Source of the DNA: an uncultured bacterium
GTDB taxonomy: Bacteria; Acidobacteriota; HRBIN11; JAKEFK01
Direction of reading: 5' to 3'
DNA length: 64,000 bases
Assembly (NCBI GenBank): GCA_963777505.1
Contig: CAVZQN010000006.1
Coordinates: forward strand, 423,119-487,118
Part shown: piece by piece, positions 58,648 through 64,000 of the stretch
Numbering within the stretch: position 1 is the first letter of the stretch
Layout of the letters: every line of letters starts with the position of its first letter
The notes under the pieces: model-generated
The model's input: the letters and a program-made list of their open reading frames with translations, nothing else
What the model was told of the DNA's origin: nothing
Database searches by the model: none
Translations under genes and position numbers: made by a program

Positions 58648-58681
58648 CAGTTTTATGGAGCTAAATATGGCCAATATACTC

Positions 58682-58960
58682 TTAAGGCGGAAAATTCGAT
58701 TGACGATTTGAGATCACAAATCTGAGAATTGGGGCTATTCGAGGCAGAACATTCCTGAGTGTGACTCTTTTTTTGAAATTCTCAACTCCAATTTTTTCGG
58801 TTAGCTTGCCTATCAGTTCGTCCCCGAATGAGTGACTGATCATGGTAACTTCGCTAAAATCTAGCACGACATTATTACCTTGCTCTAGTTTCCTTTCAAC
58901 CTGTTCCCGAAGCTCTTTTCCAAGTAACCGAGTGCCGAGGAAGGAACCATTTTATTCGGA
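58682..58960 (-). pseudogene. DUF4325/STAS-like protein, 5' end disrupted
   Basis: Open frame 'FLGTRLLGKELRE...VVLDFSEVTMISHSFGDELIGKL', with in-frame stops upstream. Confidence 0.65.
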
Positions 58961-59077
58961 TTAGAATCGTCAGACATCCACTTCCATAATTGTAAGATAG
59001 TATCACTGGAAAAGTCTGATCAAATAAAATCGTAATCGTGTTCGGGCGGGGCGAGGCGGTTAAAAATCGATAAAAGA

Positions 59078-59939
59078 TCAATGGGATTTTTCAGATCGAG
59101 TTTCACAGAAACAATCGAACGAATCCGCCAGAGGAGCTTTCAGGACGTTTTGCTTTCCCGCCTTCATCTGAAGTTCTCCGTCATCCGAATGGATTACAAG
59201 ATCGCCTAAATTCTCTTTCACCAACTCGCAAATGAAGAAGAGACCTTGACCGCTGTTATGATCAGGACGGCCTGTCACTTTGAGTTGAATAGCTAATTCA
59301 AGAGCTTCTCGCGAACTACGGAGTTCTTTCCCAAGTCTTTTGTTTTCCCAAGACTTTTCTTAAAGCCCATCCCACAGTCCACGATTGCCAATTCGACTTC
59401 TTTTCGGTCTCGAAAAGCGTCAGCACAAACTATCGCGTTTATTGGAGAATCTGCATGATGAAAGACGTTATCCATTAGTTCCGAAAGGACGTAACTAATG
59501 GAGTCGGCGTTCTCGTCATTTAGATTTGTGTGAGATTTGAGTACAGCGGTCAGATCAGTTGTTACCTGAAGGCACATCTTTTCCGAATAACTTCGATCAG
59601 TTCTCTGCGTCCGCTTGCTCTCGGCATTGACCATTTCGCAGGGCTTTTTAATAACTCATAAAAATCCATTCGTTCCAAGTATTTAGACGTTCACAGGTTT
59701 TCGGCTCGACTGTTTAAGACTTGCGTTCAGTATGGATTTTTTTCTGTGGCCATAAAGCACCGCAGCAGCCATGACCGCCATGGAAGAAGGCGAAATAAAG
59801 TTGACGTCAGTGAGATTCAGGACAACATTTACAGCCTGGTTCTTGCACGCCTGAAAAATAGGAAAGAGTGCATCTACTAGTTCGTGAATAGTTGCAGAGT
59901 TCAACTCGGTGGGAGAAGAACTTCTAACTCTTTTGGCAT
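59078..59939 (-). pseudogene. STAS-like + HATPase_c (GHKL) protein in several fragments
   Basis: 'LNLTDVNFISPS', 'LSELMDNVFHHA', 'AIVDCGMGF', 'NSGQGLF' are spread over three or more frames. Confidence 0.7.
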
Positions 59940-59941
59940 GG

Positions 59942-62900
59942 CTACTTGAACTCGATCTTTTTCGTAGGCGCCTCACCGAGAGCTTCGCTGCAAATGAGTC
60001 GTGGAATCGGTTGTTGTTCGATTTCTGGAGAACGATCCATCCAGTTGCGCATGTTGTGTTGGAGATACAGATCGGTTAGCGTTTTCAAGAGATACTTCCC
60101 GTTTATTCCGTTTCTTCGAATACGGTTTAACTCCCTTTTCATTGCTGCGGTTAGTGGTTCGCGGAATGCTCTTTCCAAGATATTAATTTGTGCCCTTACA
60201 TCTTCATCAGTGTCTTGTTTAAACAGAACTTGCAATTCCCGCAATACATATCTCTGACTCTGAGTGAGTGAAAGCGTGTGGAGGAACTCCGCCTGCCGAT
60301 GCTTCACTTCTTCAGCGAATCGTCGTTGGACCTTCATCACTGCTGAATTGTAATCGGGTGGTATTTCATTGCCTGAAGTATCAGGCGCGCACTTTATGAT
60401 TCCCAAAATTCTTGGCATATCTCTCGATACAATTTCTCCTGCCTCATCAACAAGGAAAAGTTGTTGATATCCTTTTAGATCGCTTCGGTTGGGATACGAC
60501 GCCTCACAAAAAACAAATACTCCCTTTTCCGTTGAATATTTTGCTGCACGTATGCCGTCCCTGAGCTTCGTAATGCGTTCGTATTCCGCTGGATCGTCCT
60601 TACGCATCCGTCTGAGTTGTTCTTCAGCTTCATTTAAGTCGATCAGCTCTTCTTTTTCGTCCTCCCAAAGACCGAGCTGTTCGCTCTTTTTTTCGTAAAT
60701 CGCATACATGGTTTCTTCATTTAATCGTTCCGAAAGATCTAGAATTTTTGCATCTTCTCCAATCGTGTCGTGGATTTCTTGGATTCGGTTCCGTAATGAT
60801 TGGCGCAATCCGAGATTCTTTTCGAGGCCGGTTTCCGGTAGAAAGTTGAATCCGTAAATTCTGTCATATTCTGATCCTATTCGATCGATTCGGCCAAACC
60901 GTTGGATCAAACGGACCGGGTTCCAATGCAGATCATAATTGATGATTTTGTCGCAGTCTTGAAGATTCAGTCCTTCCGCAAGAACGTCTGTCGCAATGAG
61001 TGTTATGATTTCGGATTCACCCCTTGAAAACTTGTATTCTGGATTTGCCTTTGGTGCAAAGCGGCCAACGACTCTAACTTTGCTTTTATCACCGCTATGG
61101 ATTACTTCTATGTCGGCTCTTTTGCCGTTTGGATTAAGGTTGTCGAATAGATATTGTGCTGTGTCAGCGTATTGAGTAAAGATGATTCGCTTGCCGGAAC
61201 TGAGGGGTTGCTTGTCCAGCCACTTTTTAAGAGTCTGAAGTTTTGCGTCTTTGTTCGGCGTGATAGGCGCAATGAGCTGAAGGATTTTATCAAATTGCTC
61301 GATGTCGTGTCTCACGTGCGTTTTCAATCGTTGAAGATCGAAATCATGTAATTCGTAACGGCCGGATACTTCCCTTAGAGCATCGAGGAGATCTTCTTCC
61401 TCGGCGTGATTCGGGTTATAAAGTAGATGCTGTGCTTCTTCACCGGCTGGTACGAAACCTTCATTCAGTGCTTTTAGAAAGCTTCGATGAATGCTCAGAA
61501 GATTGGTAATACTTTGACGAAAAGCGTAGACGCTGGACTCAAATCTTTTAAACAATAGCACCCGCATCAAACCGCAAAGGTTAGCTCCTGCTCGATGCAA
61601 GCTACTGTACGGCTCAGAGCGCTGCTTGTCTTTAAGTACATAGTGCCATAGCCCGTATCTGGCATACGTCAGTTCGTTTTGCGAAGGGGCGACTGGTTGG
61701 CCAGTTCTCCCTTTACCAAGAAAAGCTCGCAATTCCTGATAGAGCCCCTGGTAAGTTTGTTCAATGCTATATTCAATGGTTTGCAGCTCGCGTTTCGGAA
61801 AAAACTGATGTCGCCCGCCAACTATCACATATGCTTTGCGTCGGCCTGTAGAGTATTCCTGAAAATTCGTTGGATCGACTTTTAGATGTGTTTGGGCATC
61901 GTAACCATACCAACGGAGGATATCCCTCCTCGTTCTTCGGATCAGCAGGTTTACGAGTAGATCCGGCAGCTTCCTTTGTTCTTTTTCAATTAACTTGAAA
62001 TACTCCTTCAGGTTCGGCGGATCAACTGGCAACGTAGTGTTGTCATCCTGATGGAAGAGTTTGATCTGATAGTAAACATCCCACGCGCTTTTATTACGAG
62101 GCGTCGCAGTCAAAAAGCAGCAACGCTTTCCAGTCGCTAGAAATGCTTGAACTGTTCTATAACGTTGAGCGTCCGAATGCCGAAGGTTATGACTTTCGTC
62201 AATTAATAGAAAATCTCGGTCACGGTATTTTAAGTTGTCGGTTAGAAAATTTGGCAGGCCCCCTTCATCTTCCTTCAGAAATCCCATTGAAAGAACTCTT
62301 GCATTGAGCTGGTAAACCTCATTGTACCGTTCCCACATATCGACAAGCGTGGCCGGACAAATAATTAGCGGACGTGCGTGCTCAGTCCGTTCAAAGTGCT
62401 TCACAATGGCGGCGCCGATATAGGACTTTCCTAACCCAACTACATCGGCCACGAATGCGCCGCCAAAATCGCGAATCATCTGCACAGCCTGTTTTACAGC
62501 TACGCGCTGGAAATCAGAAAGCTTTGTGGTAATTTCATCATCCCAGAGAAGTTCACTCTTCTTCCCCTTCTAGGCGATCCTTAACAAGACTGTATAGCGC
62601 TTTCATGTAGATGTCGTAAGGCCGGACAGAAGCAACGGCCCATGATTCCCGAATCTCTTGCATTAACAATTCATCAAAATCCTGGGATTCATTCCAAAGT
62701 TCTTCAAACCATCGCACAAGCTCGGAAGATTATCTGTGCCTTGAACGACCACGTTTAATTCTGTGTTATGGCTGATGCCAGCCAGTGTTAGATTCGAGGA
62801 CCCTACGATGGCGATGCCTGATTCGTGTCGATCCAACTGTTGGCCCGACTGGTCGAATACATTTCCGTAATCGAAGATGTAGGCTTTTGCATGAAGCCGG

Positions 62901-63325
62901 CCTTTTGTATATATGCGCACTTTCATTCTCTTTTCTTCAATGAACCGCATGAGTCCACTGACCAAGTTCTGTCCCTCATCCGTCTGATCCATCAGCTCCA
63001 TGCTAGTCCTTACTCGGTCTGCAGCCAGCGCGGCCATCTTTTTAATATCTGTGCGTTTTGGATACTTCTGGGCCTCCACATTTTCCGATACAAGTTCGAG
63101 TCTTTGATACCCCTCAGCCAGTTGTTCGAGTGTTTCCCTATTGGTTACATTGCCTATTAGAAGCTTAAGCTCCTTGATGTTGGCCAGCTTTTCAGCGATT
63201 CCATTGAAGCCGGAGACAAAAAAGTAACCGACCGCAAAACGTGCCATATCGCACGAATGCAAGATTCGGTTTATGTGATCAATCAACTTTTCGTTGCGGT
63301 TATCAACTATGTCGTGGGTCGACAC
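59942..63325 (-). CDS. PLD-like nuclease + SNF2/SF2 helicase fusion (frameshifted at about 62560-62720)
   Basis: PLD 'AVGYFF', 'LHAKAY', 'GSSNLT..G...N.ELN'; helicase 'ADVVGLGKS', 'IDESH', 'LTATP', 'TDVLAEGLNLQ', 'WNPVRLIQRFGRIDRIG'. Confidence 0.85.
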
Positions 63326-63328
63326 GTT

Positions 63329-64000
63329 TTAGTTTCCTTCAATTTGTGAGATTCCCTTTGCGGCTGTTAACGAATAGATTTGGTATACGGCCTTATCTAT
63401 TTGCTCGTCAATCTTTTGAATCGTGTTCTTTTTCTTTGAGACCGCCTCCCATCATTTCGTCAACGAGAAATACGAGATTGTCATGTACTGCCTTGTGAGC
63501 TTTGTTTGCCAAATCAATATTGGGAATAGGAAGTTGCGAGAGATATTCCTTCGACAGATTCACTGTTAGTTTCGAGCCATTTGTGAAGGATAGTTTATAA
63601 TACCAACTCAATAGTCGCGAGTTAAGCAGCGCGAGAATAAACTTAATGTTATATGGGCATTCAGGCGACAAAATCAGGTTGTTGATGGATTCCTTGTTAT
63701 AGTACTGCTTGTTGTCGTATGCCACAGCCAAAGGCCGGTTTCCACCGGTTATTCGCTGAATCAGAAGCTTCTCAGGAACTTCAAAGATTTCTCTTTTGCG
63801 TGGACGATGAATTTCAGCTGGGCGATAGTCCAAGTATTTCGTACAAGGACGAATTAAGTATCGGCTAATATCCTCGCCTTCTAAGAAGGGTTTCAGACTT
63901 TTTCGGTAATTTTCTGAAATCAAATCTTCCCGATTGCCTGAAATAACAACGCCAAAAATGAGTTCCTTGCAATCTACGCCAGTCATTGGCTCAAATGGTG
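63329..64000 (-). CDS. C-terminal TaqI_C-type specificity region of a type IIG/Eco57I-like R-M enzyme, partial
   Basis: 'PFLEGEDISRY', 'EKLLIQRI', 'FILALLNSRLLSWYY', 'YLSQLPIP'; a shifted frame ends 'IDEQIDKAVYQIYSLT...IEGN*' just before the helicase start. Confidence 0.8.

Larger units (their letters stand above)
57427..64000. mobile_element. tRNA-Lys-integrated genomic (defence) island, left part; continues beyond window
   Basis: Bounded by the tRNA 3' duplicate; cargo resembles R-M, PLD-helicase, DUF3800 and STAS/HATPase genes. No integrase in the window. Confidence 0.7.

Noticed and set aside
966-63498. Numerous 60-150 aa ORFs overlapping larger genes in other frames or strands
   Set aside because: They overlap well-supported CDSs and lack motifs and translation signals; treated as shadow ORFs.
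59942-64000. Calling the module DISARM or BREX
   Set aside because: No drmA/drmB, pglZ or brxC is visible in the window, and the PLD is fused to the helicase; evidence is insufficient.

Overview
A 64-kb bacterial chromosomal segment, probably from an Acidobacteriota genome or MAG (inferred from an ADOP-type duplicated permease, TPR-Ser/Thr kinases and an ECF-kinase pair). Bases 1-51.8 kb hold envelope, proteolysis and signalling genes. The standout is a locus at 20.5-30.3 kb that looks like a self-contained, regulated peptide export/processing system. It has three HlyD/MFP-family proteins (a 3xGAF-MFP fusion, a PqqD/RRE-like + M50 peptidase + MFP fusion, and a stand-alone MFP) and no ABC ATPase in the window. 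It also has a 125-aa candidate cargo made of a 44-aa leader ending LTPRVAPK plus eight (x)xxAKKAAPK decamers. The cargo gene has a consensus sigma54 promoter and phased upstream sites, and lies next to a PrsR-like activator, a sensor-less PrsK-like kinase and an FHA-GAF-PP2C phosphatase. From 51.8 kb, three progressively decayed copies of a tRNA-Lys(CTT) 3' end mark nested integration events. The right-most layer is a fragmented defence island (DUF3800-like, STAS/HATPase, PLD-SNF2 helicase, TaqI_C-type R-M) that runs off the window. Many genes are split by single-base indels, most plausibly long-read assembly errors. All family calls come from motif recognition by eye; no database searches were run.
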